NCBI RefSeq assembly: GCF_006345805.1
Contig: NC_043005.1
Span: 75,268,001-75,332,000, forward strand
Source of the DNA: Octopus sinensis
Lineage: Eukaryota
Length of the DNA: 64,000 nucleotides
Direction of reading: 5' to 3'
Both the position numbers and the translations under genes were made by a program. Below, in pieces: positions 13,354-26,741 of the stretch. The notes below the pieces were generated by a model. The model had not been told where the DNA came from, made no database searches, and saw only the letters and a list, made by a program, of their open reading frames with translations. Within the stretch, counting starts at the first letter, position 1; each line of letters opens with the position of its first letter.

Positions 13354-14123
13354 GACATGCTCATATACAAAATGTGATGTTGTTGTCATCATGGTATAAA
13401 ATGTCCTTAGTATAGTTGACTATAGAAAGATTATCTCTATAAAATGTTATACTGTTTTAATTGAAATCAAAAACACAAAAACAGATGATACTCAGGGGTG
13501 GTGTAATACTATTACTTTGTAAAATTTGATTTGATTTGGTTGAGCCATTTGAGAATGCACTGACAGACAGAGAGATAGATAAAGAATTTCAGAGACACAC
13601 ACAGACATACATTGATGCATGTCAGTCATCACATGTGTATGTGTAGATGTGGGTGTGTATTTAATAACATATCTAATGCAAAAACTCACACACACTCAGA
13701 TACATACACACCCATACACTTACACACAAAGACACGTACACACTCATATACAAAATGTGATATTGCCATTGTCATCGAGCCGTTTGAGAATGCATAGGAG
13801 ACAGACAAAGAACGCATTGCAGTTGACACATATGTATATGTATGTGTAGATGCGTGTGTGTTTAATAATGTATCTAACATGAAAACACGCATACACACTC
13901 ATATACAAAATGTGACATTGTTGTGGTATAAAATGTCCTGTAGTATAGTTGACTATAGAAAGATTCTCTTAAAATGTTAGATTGTTTTAATCAAAATGAA
14001 AAAAAAAATTACATAGTGACACTCATGGGGCATAATACTGTTACCTTGTGAAACTTGATTTGATTTGGTTAAGCCATTTGAGAATGCATAGGGAACAGTC
14101 AAACAAAGAATTTTATATATATA
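12266..14123 (+). mobile_element. Non-autonomous Helitron-like element with internal duplications
   Basis: Starts ACTAGCAAAGATACCTAGCATTGC. Ends ...GAGAATGCATAGGGAACAGTCAAACAAAGAATTTTATATATATAG. Internal blocks CATATACAAAATGTGA(C/T) x5, AGTTGA(C/T)TATAGAAAGATT x3 and TTTGATTTGATTTGGTT x2. No coding remnant; class inferred from the ends. Confidence 0.5.
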
Positions 14124-15101
14124 GATTATACAGCATCAATTCATATTTCTGTATCATTGTTTTTTGGCTTTTATTTTACATCTTATTGTTTTGCTTTGCG
14201 CAGAAAATACATATTCTCCTTTCCAAAGGATTTTCACATGAATAAATTTACCTTGATACACTAATACAGTATAACTGAAAACAACTAAAGTGGAATGATC
14301 ACAGTCTGTGAAGATAAGTCAGCTCGATAACTGTTGACCTATCATCAACTGAGAACTCTCTTAGAGGAAACTTATTTTATTTAACCATCAACTAATTCTT
14401 CAGGTAATTCTATTATTCATTCATATTTTTGATTTCGGTTAAGAATATATTATCACCTATAAAGATCAGTAATTGATAACATCTTATGATTGATAAAAAT
14501 ATCTTTGCTTAAGCCAAATCTCAAAGACTAACTAATGCTACATATAGGCAAATGCACACACACATACAAAATACATAGATATTAGTAATCATGTGCTAGG
14601 AAAACTCATCCAACCCATGCCAGCACAGAAAACAGATATAAAATAATAAAGATACCACTCTCCTCAAGGATTAAATATATATACATATATTCCTTTCATC
14701 TGTGTTACCGATTACACCAGCAAACCAGCCTGTTCCTTTCTGTCAAATTTAAGAACTATATTAGTTTGTAGTTGTTTTTGTAAGCAAACTGAGCTTTCGG
14801 TGCAAATGGTTTTTGTTAAGCAGTGTCGAGTTTTACAATTCTGTAAATAATAATGGTATTTATTTATAAGCTTAAAACTTATAGCGATCATCATGCAAAT
14901 GACTATGGAAAATAGTCTAATAATGGGGCATATAAGCCCTCAACAGAAAAAAGTAGGCTTTCCTATACGCCAAATTGCTTATGGGAAAGCCCACTTGTTT
15001 CTGTCAAGGGCTTATATGCCCTGTTAGACTATTTTCCTTAGTCATTTGCACAGTGATCCCTATAAGCTTTAAGCTTATAAAAAAATACCATTTATATATA
15101 T

Positions 15102-15261
15102 ACACTCTCGGAGTGGTTGGCGTTAGGAAGGGCATCCAGCTGTAGAAACACTGCCAGATCTGACTGGCCTGGTGCAGCCTTCGGGCTTGCCAGACCCCAG
15201 TTGAACCGTCCAACCCATGCTAGCATGGAAAGCGGACGTTAAACGATGATGATGATGATGA

Positions 15262-15264
<3 letters not shown>
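15102..15264 (+). mobile_element. (GAT)n-tailed repeat family C (RTE 3'-related SINE or LINE tail)
   Basis: GGAGTGGTTGGCGTTAGGAAGGGCATCCAGCTGTAGAAAC...GTTAAAC(GAT)n. Homologues at 22831-23045(-), 30775-31087(+), 53780-54235(+), 58859-59020(-), 61132-61282(+) and others. The 53.8 kb copy directly follows an RTE ORF end. Confidence 0.85.
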
Positions 15265-15295
<31 letters not shown>

Positions 15296-15625
15296 GATAC
15301 TATACTGGACAATATATTGCTTAATATCTTAATATTTATACAATATTTATTATTACAATGAAAACCACATCTAGTCAATATACAATTTAAAAGCCAATGA
15401 GAGCAAATCTATTGAATATGAAGAGCAAAGTTTCTAGGTAAGAAATATATCAATGGTTTTATCCATCATCCAGAACAGATGTGCTATTCTTTATTATTAA
15501 TAAAATAAGAGTGTCATCTTATTTTGAGGGCACAAATACTTTTTAGAAAATAAAATTGAATCCACAAGTTTGAATTAATCAAATAATAAAAAAAAAATTA
15601 TGATGTGAAAAATTAAAACACAAAC

Positions 15626-15674
15626 CTCACTTATCACAGAATCTCGAAGGCCTCCATAAATATGGAATATATTT
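15626..15674 (-). CDS. RNF115/RNF126: RNF115/126-like coding exon 6 (I-NIFHIYGGLRDSVISE)
   Basis: ttttgctatttttcag acceptor and GAG|gtttgt donor. 49 nt, phase 2 to 0. GLRDSVISE|LINQ aligns with the family GLDAIITQ|LLNQ motif. Confidence 0.8.
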
Positions 15675-16308
15675 CTGAAAAATAGCAAAAAAATATATAT
15701 ATATATAAAATGAAAACAAATATATTTTATGAACACTAAAATAATTGACTTTTAATAAATACATATTTTTACAAGACACCGCTAATATGGTTGCTAGAAC
15801 TGTTAGAAATAACACCCAACTCTCCCTAAGATCACAATCTACTGTTTTATTAAAGGAAGAAGACATTTAGCCATAGGTCAACTCAATCAGAACTGACCTG
15901 TGGCTAAACTACTACTATTAAAACATTTCTAGACTTAATGGTTTAATGAGATTCAAATGAAAAAAGTTGTCACTAACAAAATAGTCAAACCAATGACAGA
16001 GCCTCTATGAATATATATGCACTAAAATAGCAGCTCAGATCGCAAAGATAAGGACACAATGAGTGATCTACTCTTAGAATATAGGAAATTACTGGGTAGT
16101 CATGGTTGGAACATCTTTAAGCATAGATCATTCAATCAGTAAAATTAGGATTAAATCAACTAGTTGACCACAGCTGAAACACCTTTTGGTCAAAGGTCAT
16201 TTGCTCAGGGTAGAACTACAGTACAATTAAATAAACTGCAATAATCCAAAGATTTGTTTTAGGATTATAAGATATGATTTTGTACAAACAGAAAAAAAGC
16301 ATACTTAA

Positions 16309-16526
16309 GCCTTTCAGATTACTCTGTCACGTGTAATGTTTCTTTATTTACATTGTTTTGAATTAATCATGTATTATGTCATAACTTTGTAATTCCAATT
16401 ATGTGATCGTTTAGTTTTAGAAAAAAAACATTATTGAGTAAAGTGTGAGAGGTCAGATCAGGTTGGTTTGAACATAAAACAGGTAGAATATTCTGGTTGG
16501 ATATTGCCAGTTTAAATGCTAATGGG
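16309..16526 (+). mobile_element. piggyBac-type MITE, family 1
   Basis: Homologous to 26095-26314. TTAA at the left end and GGG-TTAG at the right end. Confidence 0.75.
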
Positions 16527-16621
16527 TTAGATACTGAATAGCCCCAAAAAGTTCTTTTTAAACATTTTTGATATCAACCTACCTGATACAATACAAAACA
16601 TCTTGTTTAAATGTATTTATA

Positions 16622-17000
16622 TTTATACGAGCAAAACGCCCCGCCCCACCCCCGTCCAACGGACGGTGCTGAGTTGTCAAACATTTAAACCAAATTTTCT
16701 CAAAACAACTTGTCCAACCATCCCATAGGCTTCCCCTTTGAGAAACACTGATTTAACCTAAATTTGAGACACCAGCAAAAGAAGAAATAAAGATAGACTT
16801 TTTTTCTATTCCAAAGAAAAATAATTTCCCACAGCTTTATCGATCGCATTCTCACCTGGAATCGATTTTTGTAATTTTTTCAAGACCTATACACACCCTG
16901 ATTCCCTTGGTATCTACATATCAAATTTGAGCGCAATCGGATGGAGGATGCCCGAGATCCTAGAAGCCACACACACAGAGAACGGATTTTATAGAAAAGA
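16622..17000 (+). mobile_element. Short Helitron-like non-autonomous element
   Basis: CpG-rich island in AT-rich intron. Ends TCAAATTTGAGCGCAATCGG...CACAGAGAACGGATTTTATAG, similar in style to 12266-14123. Confidence 0.4.
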
Positions 17001-18288
17001 TAAAAATATTCAATCATAATTTTATGCCAGAACATTTTGAGAAATTATATTTTAAACATATGACTTAATAATGGTTTCTGACTTAGGCACAAGACTAGTA
17101 ATTTTGAATGGAAGGGTTTGGGTGATAACATTGACTCTAATATTTGACTGGTATTTTATTTCATTGACCCCAGAAATATGAAAGGCTAAGTTCACCGTGA
17201 CAGAATTTGAGCACAAAAATGTAAAGAGCTGGAACAAATAATGTAAAGTATTTTTCTTCCAGTACTCTAACAAATCTTCTACCTCACCACCCTCTATTTT
17301 ATTGATCTTGAAAGGATGATACACAAAGTTGTTCTCAGCGAAATTTGAACTCAAAACATAAAGAACCAAAATAAATACTGCAAAGTAATTTTTCTGACAC
17401 TGATGCTTCAGCCAGCTCACCACCCTCCATTTAATAAGGAAAAATTTTAGTTATTGTACAAAATTCTTCCAAATTCTTGTGGATAACATCAACAAATATT
17501 GAACCAAAAACAGCCAACTCAAATTAAACATATAACACAGCAAAAATGTGAAGGCATGTGGCCTAATGGTGAGGGTGTTGCACTCATGATCACTGGATCA
17601 TGGATTTGATTCTTGGACCTGGTTGCACATTGTGCTCTAGAGTAAAACACTCCATTTCACATTGCTCTGTGGTGAGAGAATGTTAAAACCATTGGCACGT
17701 CAGCAGAAATACATTATGATATATCTTCCAGCTCTTTACATCATGAGTTCAAATCCCACCTGCCAGGCGAAGGTAATGGGAAACCACTCTAGTATTCATC
17801 CCAAGCTTAATCATGGTAGCTGAGGTTTCAGTAAGATACTTAGTGGCAGCTGGGGAGGTTATAGGTCCTCTCAAGTTGTTTAGAGTGCCGGAGAAGGTCC
17901 AGTCCACATGCACAGGACCTGCCCAGGGACAGACCACCACTACACACACACACACACACACACACAGAAAAGCAGAAATTAAAAGTCTGCAGTTGAATGA
18001 ATCTACCCCACTACTTTGCTAATCATATTATCAACTTACACATCCGCACAATGGGCTCCTCTCAGTTTCCGTCTACCAAATCCACTCACAAGGCTTTGGT
18101 TGACCCAAGGCTATAGAAGACACTTGCCCATGGTGCTACATAGTGGGACTGAACCAAGGACCATGTGGTTGGGAAGCCAACTTCTTATCACACAGCCACG
18201 CGTGTCCCTAATCCTGCCCACCCCACCCTTTTATTTTATATAGATAAAACAGACACAAGAATAAATTTTAAAATATAAATATCCTTAC

Positions 18289-18348
18289 ATAGACAAGCCA
18301 CTGTTTTGTGTATCTTCAGATAAACCACTTAATGGTTGGAGTAGCAAC
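18289..18348 (-). CDS. RNF115/RNF126: RNF115/126-like coding exon 5 (W-LLLQPLSGLSEDTQNSGLS+AT)
   Basis: Long polypyrimidine acceptor ttttcctctctctttcctttcag and AT|gtaagg donor. 60 nt, phase 2 to 2. It is required, because joining exon 4 directly to exon 6 would create TG|A, a stop. Confidence 0.85.
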
Positions 18349-20047
18349 CTGAAAGGAAAGAGAGAGGAAAATCAAAACACGATTTAGCTGTTTTAATTCA
18401 TCAGTCTTTAATTTTCAGTTACTGACCTCACAACTCTAGTTAGATGAGAACATTGTTTAGTAACAATATTGACACAGATTGCCAATTATTATGTAACAAA
18501 GTTTAGCTAATTGAGAAATTGTGAGTAAAATGTCGACTTAGTTCTCAGTCTCACTTTTCTCATAGGTAATTTCAATTAAATAATTTTGTTAATTCAAGCA
18601 ATAATAAATCTCTGAGCGTATACTTCACAATTTGTTAATTCAGTTTTACAGATATTTATATTACCTTTCTTTTTCTTTTTTATTTCGTTTGTTGTGTTTT
18701 GCTACATTTTTACATCATAGCATGGCTTGTGAAGTAGGTGAAAATTTGAATGCACGTCATTGTAGTGTATTGTTTGAATAACTATGTGAACAGCAATGCT
18801 GGATGGTAATGATTGCAGTTATAATCATATCATCATTTTAATGCATGGGCATCTTTTATATTGATGATGTCCTTAGCCACTGGATCTTATAAAGGAGGTA
18901 GTGAACCACAAAATGTGGCTGGAATTCCTTCCTATTTGTTTTAGTCAATAGACTACGGCCATACTGATGCACCACCTTGAGGAATTTTTGATACAATAAA
19001 TCACCCCCAGTTCTTTTTCTTTTTAAACTTTTTTTTTAACTAGATATTATTCTCTCAGTCTCCTTTGCTGAACCACTACGTTATAGGGATGTAAACACAT
19101 CAACACTGTCAAGTGTTGGTTAGGTACAAACACACGACAGGCTTCCTTCAGTTTCTACCAAATCCATTCACAAGGTGTGAGGCTATAGTAGAAGACACTT
19201 GCCCAAGGTGCTACGCAGTGGGACTGAAAAATTACCATACTTGGAAACAGTTAAGGGTCAGTAACAGGAAGGGTATCTGGCTGTAGAAAATCTGCCTCAA
19301 TAAACTTTATCTGACCCATGCAAGCTTTAACAAGTGGATATTAAAATGAAGATGATAACTACCTTCAAATAACCATTTTAAACTCCAGAGTTAAGACCCA
19401 TAATGCTGTTCTGCTAATAATTCTTCTTATGCCACTTGGTACCATAAGATGGGTTTTTCTTCAGATTCCATCAATGCTATGAAGAGAAATATCTTCAGCA
19501 TAAATAATTTATAGCCCTCTAGCATTATTCCAGTTGTTCTCAAAGTGATGTCAGACACATCACTTTGCTGTTGAAATGAATTGGCAGATGATGCATTCGT
19601 TTTTTCTTGGGTTAGAGGTTTATGTTATGAAGGCATCGTTTTACAGTCAGATGCCCTTCCTGATGCTCATCCTTACCTGTTTTCTAAGTAAAGAATTGCT
19701 TATTCCACATGGCTTCAAAAGTACGAAGCATGAACACAGTTTATTAACAGGTGAAATGCCAAAAGCTCTTCTTGAATGCTGTGATTTTTTATGAGCAAGC
19801 ACAGATATAAACAAACACATCCACACATGCAACTGGCTTCTGCACAGCTTCCATTTATCAAATCTCCACTCCCAAGGATTTAGTCAGCCTAGAGTTACAT
19901 TCACTCAACTGGACTGAATCAAAGCCATGTGATTGAAAAGCAAACTTCATGACCAAGCAGCCATGCCTAGGCCTATAGTCATGGCTATATAAATACTTAG
20001 TTTACACCAAAGTGCAAAAGTTGTGTAATATTGTTTAAGAGACTTAC

Positions 20048-20163
20048 CACTGAATACGGACAAATCGTTCAATTTCATCTTGATTTTCAGTATCTTCTCT
20101 TTGTGGTGAGTTGGAGTTTAAATTTTCACTTTCTGGCTGCACATTTTCTCTTGAATTCCAGGG
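20048..20163 (-). CDS. RNF115/RNF126: RNF115/126-like coding exon 4 (PWNSRENVQPESENLNSNSPQREDTENQDEIERFVRIQ+TG)
   Basis: ttgctatttag acceptor and TG|gtaagt donor. 116 nt; only the phase-0 frame is open. Phase 0 to 2. Confidence 0.8.
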
Positions 20164-20339
20164 CTAAATAGCAATAGAAAAAAAAAAATAATTACACCTA
20201 TACCCAATGAAAAAAAAAAACATGAATTTATAATATATGTAAAACAAAACAGAAAGTTGGAAATTTTTTTGGTACTATTTATTCACTATTACAGGTGTTT
20301 AAATGATACCATGAAACTTCCAGCTTCATGTTTTGTTAT

Positions 20340-20675
20340 ACAATAATCCTGCAAATAATATTTCCATATTTCATTTTGGGATTTGGTTTGCAAGATTTTT
20401 TATATGAGTTTGTGTGTTGAAGCATATTCTGTTGTGTCTGGGGAGAGTCATTTTCTTTTTGTGCCTTATAATTTAACACACTCACCGGTAAAATTTCCAC
20501 TTATTTCTTATTTTCATTTTAATAGTCTTGACTCTCAAGACTATTGAAAAGGTTGCAAGACACAACGAAAATTTTATTGAAATAAAAATAAGAAATAAGT
20601 GGAAATTTTACCGGTGAGTGTGTTACATTATAAGGCACAAAAAGAAAATGACTCTCCCCAGACAAAACAGAATAT
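20340..20675. mobile_element. Repeat remnant with ~91-bp inverted arms (20424-20514 and ~20585-20675), probably Penelope-like
   Basis: The inverted arms are directly visible (about 2 mismatches). A decayed copy lies near 26350-26470. The PLE assignment is inferred from the inverted geometry only. Confidence 0.45.
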
Positions 20676-23600
20676 TTCCATAATCCTCAATTTTAATATG
20701 TATTTTGAACTAACATACAGCAGCAACTGAGATTACATATTGGATTGTAATAATGGAATAGTAGCTTCAAGTGGAAACGGGCTGAGATTCACCCTACTTA
20801 CCTAAACTATGTGGTTGTGTATTTGTGTAAGAGAGAGTGGTAAAAATGAGTGTTTTTATATGATTAACAATAGCAAACATCAATTATAGAACCCAATACC
20901 ATGTGTAAAGTCTAAATAATTATAATAATTTTCTTAACTGTGGCTTGAATGCTTTGCCAATAGTATGACTATCAGCAAAATTTTTAAGTCACTACCAAGA
21001 AATTTAATATATACATATGTATGCATGTTTGTGCTATCACCATTCTTAACATCTATTTTTCCATGCTTGCATAGATCAGCTGGAGTTTCTCGAGGCAGTT
21101 TTTCTATGGCAGGATGCCATTCCTGTTGCCAATCCTCACTTGCTTCCAAGCAAGGGAATATTTCCTCATGTCCAAATATGTTCCAAAGAATATTAGAAAT
21201 GATAGTGCTTGTATGACAGAAACACCCATTTACAGCTACCATGCGATGCCAAAATGAGGAGACACAAGCATATACACACTCACACACATGCGTATGCACA
21301 CACACCTTTACAAATAGACAGTTTCAGTTTCTATCAACAAAATCCATTTACAAAGCTTTACTCAGCCTGAAGCTATAATACAAGATGCCAATGTATGTGT
21401 GTAATATATATATATATATATATACAAACATGCACACACACGCACACAGGTGAGCAGATAGATGCAAAACAAGGTGGCAAAAATAGTACTCAACTACCAA
21501 AGGTAGAGTAATATGCTTTTATTAAAGCTGCAAAATTGTCACAGAAACAGTTTTTGTGACAATTTTGTAGCTTTATAAAAGTATATATCTATAATATAAA
21601 TTAGACATGGGCATCATTGTATTCTTTCTTGTCTTGAGGTTCACAACCAAATGGCTGTGTGGATTCATGTGAAAAATGGCACACATGTGGAGACAGGTGC
21701 ATAGATTGGAATGCGGTTTGTATTTTTTTCCTAGCCCCCCACAGTTACTGAGAAAATCAATTAAAACTTTTTCTAATGGAATTTCCCCACCATTAAAACA
21801 ACCAGTTGCTCACACAGCCGGCATATACCATTTCGCTAGCAACAAGGGGAGTACAGGATGACAGTCAGCCAAAGCCATACATACATACATGCATATATAA
21901 CCTCTCTCTCCTTTTCTCTGTCAGTCACTCACACATTCACTCACTACAAAAAGTGAATAACAAAATTTCAGTTAACTCTCTCTCGGCCATACATAGATAC
22001 ATAAATCTATGTATACATATATACATACATACATAACAACCTGTGTGCGTGTGTCACTGAAGCCATTCATACATACATAACCTCTTTCTCTCTCCCTCTC
22101 GCATTTTCTCTATCAATCACTCACTACAAAAAGTGAATAAAAAATTTCAGTTATCTCACTATCTCTTTCTTTCTCTCTCACATACACACACACCAACAAC
22201 ATTACTCTCTCTGTCTCTTCACATACACACCACACATTCTGTCTCATACACCCTATCAAACACACACACACACACATGCACGCACATCAATTCTTCCGCT
22301 TCACGCCAACTTCAAAAGAACTTCACTCATATAATCGCACTCTCTCTGTCTCTTTCGCTTTCACACCGACTTCAAAAGATCCCCTTTCCACCCAACCCCA
22401 TATTAAAAAAATAAAAACTTTTTACAGAAACCAATAATAATCTTCAAAAATGTAAATAAACACATGTGGTTTATAAGTGACAGTCATGTGTTCCCATATC
22501 GAAAGATCACCCAATGCTTTAATGATTAGACAGAGGTCCAATAGAAACAGACTATGTACAAATTCGCTCCTCACAATGCCTGAAGCTGTTTTCTGACAAG
22601 GGGGAGGGTGTCAGGAAATTTTCATACAACTGGAGGTTCCAATCGAAACAGGGAACCCGAAATGATAAGGTTGAGAAACGCTGTTATCAATTATGCCTTT
22701 ACAGAAGTTAAAATATTTTACAATATTTAACTTCAACACTACTTTTCATATTAGACTTTGCTTTTCATTCTCCAAAGATTGGGGAAAAAACAAGCACCAG
22801 TGATATACCAAGTTTAACTTAAATGACTATATCATCATCATCATCATTTAACGTCCGCTTTCCATGCTAGCATGGGTTGGACGGTTCAACTGGGGTCTGG
22901 GGAGCCCAAAGGCTGCACCAGGCCAGTCAGATCTGGCAGTGTTTCTACAGCTGGATGCCCTTCCTAATGCCAACCACTCCGAGAGTGTAGTGGGTGATTT
23001 TATGTGCCACCGACACAGGTGCTAGACGAGGCTGGCGAACGGCTACGCTCGGATGGTGTTTTTTATGTGCCGTAAAATAATAATCCTTTCTACTAAAGGC
23101 ACAAAGCCTGAAATTTGGGAGAGGAGACTAGTTGATTACACCAATACCAGTGTTTCAGTGGTACTTATTTCATTGACTCCAAAAGTTGAAAGGCAAAGTC
23201 GACCTTGGCAGAATTTGAGCTCAGAATGTGAAGACAGACGAAATACTGCCAAACCTTCCGCCTGGTATGCTAACAATTCTACCAGCTCACCACCTTAATA
23301 ATAATAATAATAATAATAATAATAGTTCCACATTTTGCCACAAGGGAAACAATTTTGTAGGACGGGACGATTCGATTACATTGATCCCAGTGTCCAACTG
23401 ATACTTATTTTATTGACCCCAAAAGGATGAAAGGCAATGTCGACAACGGCAGAATTTGAACTCAGAACGTGGAAGATGAGTGAAGTACTACCAAGCATTT
23501 CACCCAGTGAGCTAATGATTCTGCCAGCTCGCCACCATTAATAATAATGGTGATGATGATGGTTGTGATGTTTTTTCTAAAGAAAAATTGCATTTGTATC

Positions 23601-23689
23601 ACATCAAAAAGAAATCAATAATTATTGTATCATATTAGGCACTGGCATGGATGTGAGGTTAAGTTCAATTTGCAACTAAGTGGTTTTAG

Positions 23690-23847
23690 GTTCAGAGTGG
23701 CTGTGTGTACCAACCACATGGTTCCAGGTTCAGTCCCACTGTGTGGCACCTTGGGCAAGTGCTTTCTACTATAGCACCCGGGCCGACCAAAGCCTTGTGT
23801 GTGGATTTGGTAGACGGAAACTGAAAGAAGCCCATCGTATATATATG

Positions 23848-23878
<31 letters not shown>

Positions 23879-24060
23879 CCCAACATTGCCTGACAACCGA
23901 TGCTGGTGTGTTTATAGCCCCGTAACTTAGCGGTTCAGCAAAAGAGACCAATAGAATAAGTACTAGGCTTACAAAGAATAAATCCTGGGGTCGATTTGCT
24001 CGACTAAAGGCAGTGCTCCAGCATGGCCACAGTCAAATGACTGAAACAAGTAAAAGAGAG
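23690..24060 (+). mobile_element. SINE family A (followed by a partial head copy to ~24165)
   Basis: Full-length match to the other family A copies. Confidence 0.9.
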
Positions 24061-24487
24061 TCCCACTGTGCAGCACATTGGGCAAATATCTTCTACTATA
24101 GCCCCAGGCCAACCAATGCCATGTGAGAGACTTTGGTAGACAGAAACTGTGTGGAAGCCCATGACAGCTTTGCACCACTCAGGCAACAACTATCCAACCC
24201 ATAAGTCTGTTTTGGTAACCATTGCTGGTGAAGATTTCATAAGGTCAGAGTGCAAATCCTACCTCAACATTGGATCTTTGACATGCTGTAGAAAATTAGC
24301 AAAGTAGAAAATTAAAGCTATTCTGTTTAAAATAAGGTGTATCTCAATTTGACCAACCTCCGAAGCTGTAGTTATAGTCATTATTGATTGGTTATTACTA
24401 CTTTGTAAATGGTAACTGAAACATTTTCTGGCTTTGAAGAAGAAACGAAATCTCTATGGAGCAGTTTTGGCAAAGTTATTACATATA

Positions 24488-24735
24488 CAAGGTTGGGCAA
24501 AAGTCACCTGACAGTAAATCATAACCCATATAATTCCAAGATTAAAACCAAAACTTATTTTATAAGAGTTCACTAATAAATAGACAAATGTTGAATAAAA
24601 AAAAAAAGAAAACAGTGATTTTTAACTCACAGCATTCAATTATTAAACATTCATAATTGGAAGAAATAAATGAAATTGAATATTAAGTATTTATGGAATT
24701 TTGACTTATTGTCAGGTGACTTTTGGCCAACCTTG
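24488..24735. mobile_element. Tc1/mariner-type MITE (248 bp)
   Basis: 30-bp TIRs CAAGGTTGGGCAAAAGTCACCTGACAGTAA and its near-perfect reverse complement (2 mismatches). TA flanks at 24486-24487 and 24736-24737. Confidence 0.85.
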
Positions 24736-25417
24736 TATATGTATGTAAGAGGCCAACTTGAAAAACCAGAGGTTGTAAGGCCTAGTACTTGTGAAATCTT
24801 CCAGGATTTTAACTGTTGTTTGTGCATAAGTGGAGTGTTGCCTAAGAGTGCTTTCTCATAAGAGCAACAATTGTATCAGGGTAACAATCAACAAGTCTAG
24901 GTTGACTTGTCTCCATTTAAGGATGTATCAAGATCCTTATCCACAGAAGTGGTGTAAGCCAGGCATGAGTTAAGGTTACAATAAATGGTGACAAGAAAGG
25001 CTGAGTTTCTGGTCTAGTTATTTTTATATAATCATAAAACAATCTTGCTTAAAAGTAGCAAACAGAAGATCAACGTCAAATTCAATATAATGAATCAGAA
25101 TATGTTGCATCGGTGAAATTAACACCACTATTTTTAAATGTTTGGAATTTTTCCATTAACATCCTGAATATTTAGTCAAGCTTGTCATGTAATATATATC
25201 TGTTGCCTTGTCAATGGGGAATCTCTCTAAAGCAAAACCAGTATTTTAATCAGTGTCAATGAGGGTGGGGAAATGCACTGGCAGACGTGTTAGACGTCAC
25301 AGAATAGGATTTTCTGAAAATTAAACTGTGGTTTAATATTTCATTATACTTAACTTTATCCTGCAAAACAACAATACTTATAGTATGATCTAATTATATG
25401 TAAGAAACCAGAATATA

Positions 25418-25627
25418 TTCTCTTTACTCTTTTACTTGTTTCAGTCATTTGACTGCGGCCATGCTGGAGCACCGTCTTTAGTCGAGCAAATCGACCCCGG
25501 GACTTATTCTTTGTAAGCCCAGTACTTATTCTATTGGTCTCTTCTGCCGAACTACTAAGTGACGGGGACGTAAACACACCAGCATCGGTTGTCAAGCAAT
25601 GCTAGGGGGACAAACACAGACACACAA

Positions 25628-25661
<34 letters not shown>

Positions 25662-25835
25662 ACATATATACGACAGGCTTCTTTCAGTTTCCGTCTACCA
25701 AATCCACTCACAAGGCATTGGTTGGCCCGGGGCTATAGCAGGAGACACTTGCCCAAGATGCCACGCAGTGGGAGTGAACCCGGAACCATGTGGTTGGTTA
25801 GCAATCTACTTACCACACAGCCACTCCTGCGCCTA
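25418..25835 (-). mobile_element. SINE family A, young subfamily
   Basis: Full length with CpGs retained. Shares diagnostic variants with 47073-47469 and 56787-57179. Confidence 0.9.
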
Positions 25836-26094
25836 TATTATTAAGTTTTTTTAAATGTTTAGTTCAGGTTTAAGAGGTAAAACATGAATAAGTAGAAACA
25901 TAAGAGTTTGGTAGAATGAAAGATAGGCTGAACACACGTATCAAATGGAAAATAGCAAAATCTATCAAATAAATACAAGAGAGAGGTAGGGAAAAATAAT
26001 AGGTTATACTTGAGGAACACCTTTTAAAACTTTTCATTGTAAATTTCCACAATTATTAATATACATACAATGTTCTCTGGTTAATTAAATTTAA

Positions 26095-26314
26095 CCCTTT
26101 AGCATTCAATTTATTCTGTCAAATGTGACATTTTTACATTCACATTATTTTTAATTAATCATGCTTTATCTCGTAGCTTTGAAATTTTGATGATGCGATA
26201 GTATATTTTTAGAATGGTATTGAAGGGTAGGTTTGATTGGCTGGATTTGGCTAGTTAGAACATAAAATAAGTAGCATATTTGGGCTGGATATGGCCAGTT
26301 TAAATGTTAAAGGG
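26095..26314 (+). mobile_element. piggyBac-type MITE, family 1 (~220 bp)
   Basis: TTAA-CCCTTTAGCATT...AATGTTAAAGGG ends. Related copies at 2078-2274, 16309-16526 and 26527-26741. Confidence 0.8.
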
Positions 26315-26526
26315 TAAAAAGATTTTACAATAGTTGTCACCTTTTTCTTAATTTTGTATTTGCTTTGCAAGATTCTTGATGTGAATTTGTGTGTTGAAAT
26401 AAATTTTTATTGTCTTGGGAGAGTCATTATGCTAATAATAACACATGCACTGGTTCAATTCCACTTCTTTATTGTTAGTCAATTGGTTAAATATCTAATG
26501 AGCTAACTAGTCAATCTTTTGTTTAA

Positions 26527-26741
26527 TCCTTTAGCATTTAAAATAGCCATATCTGGCCCAAATATTTTCACTGTTTTATGTTCAAACTGGCCAGATATAA
26601 CATGTCACACCTACAACCCCATTCTAAAAATAAACAATCACATCATTGAAATTTTGAAGCTACATGATACTGCATGATTAATTGCAAACAATATGTATAA
26701 ATAAGGTTTTCATCTGACAGAGTAATCTGAACACTAAAGAG
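26527..26741 (-). mobile_element. piggyBac-type MITE, family 1, inverted relative to 26095-26314
   Basis: TTAA at 26523-26526 and 26742-26745. The sequence is the reverse-complement homologue of the neighbouring copy. Confidence 0.8.

Noticed and set aside
12770-14000. Regularly recurring CATATACAAAATGTGA blocks resembling a repeat-spacer array
   Set aside because: Eukaryotic context, irregular spacing, microsatellite-rich spacers and no cas genes. Explained as internal duplications of a non-autonomous element, not CRISPR.
17749-18022. Overlapping ~70-aa ORFs near exon 5
   Set aside because: Composite of repeat fragments and (CA)n. No splice sites fitting the gene.
20515-20585. Possible hammerhead in the spacer of the 20.4-20.7 kb inverted repeat
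   Set aside because: No CUGAnGA core on either strand in this copy.
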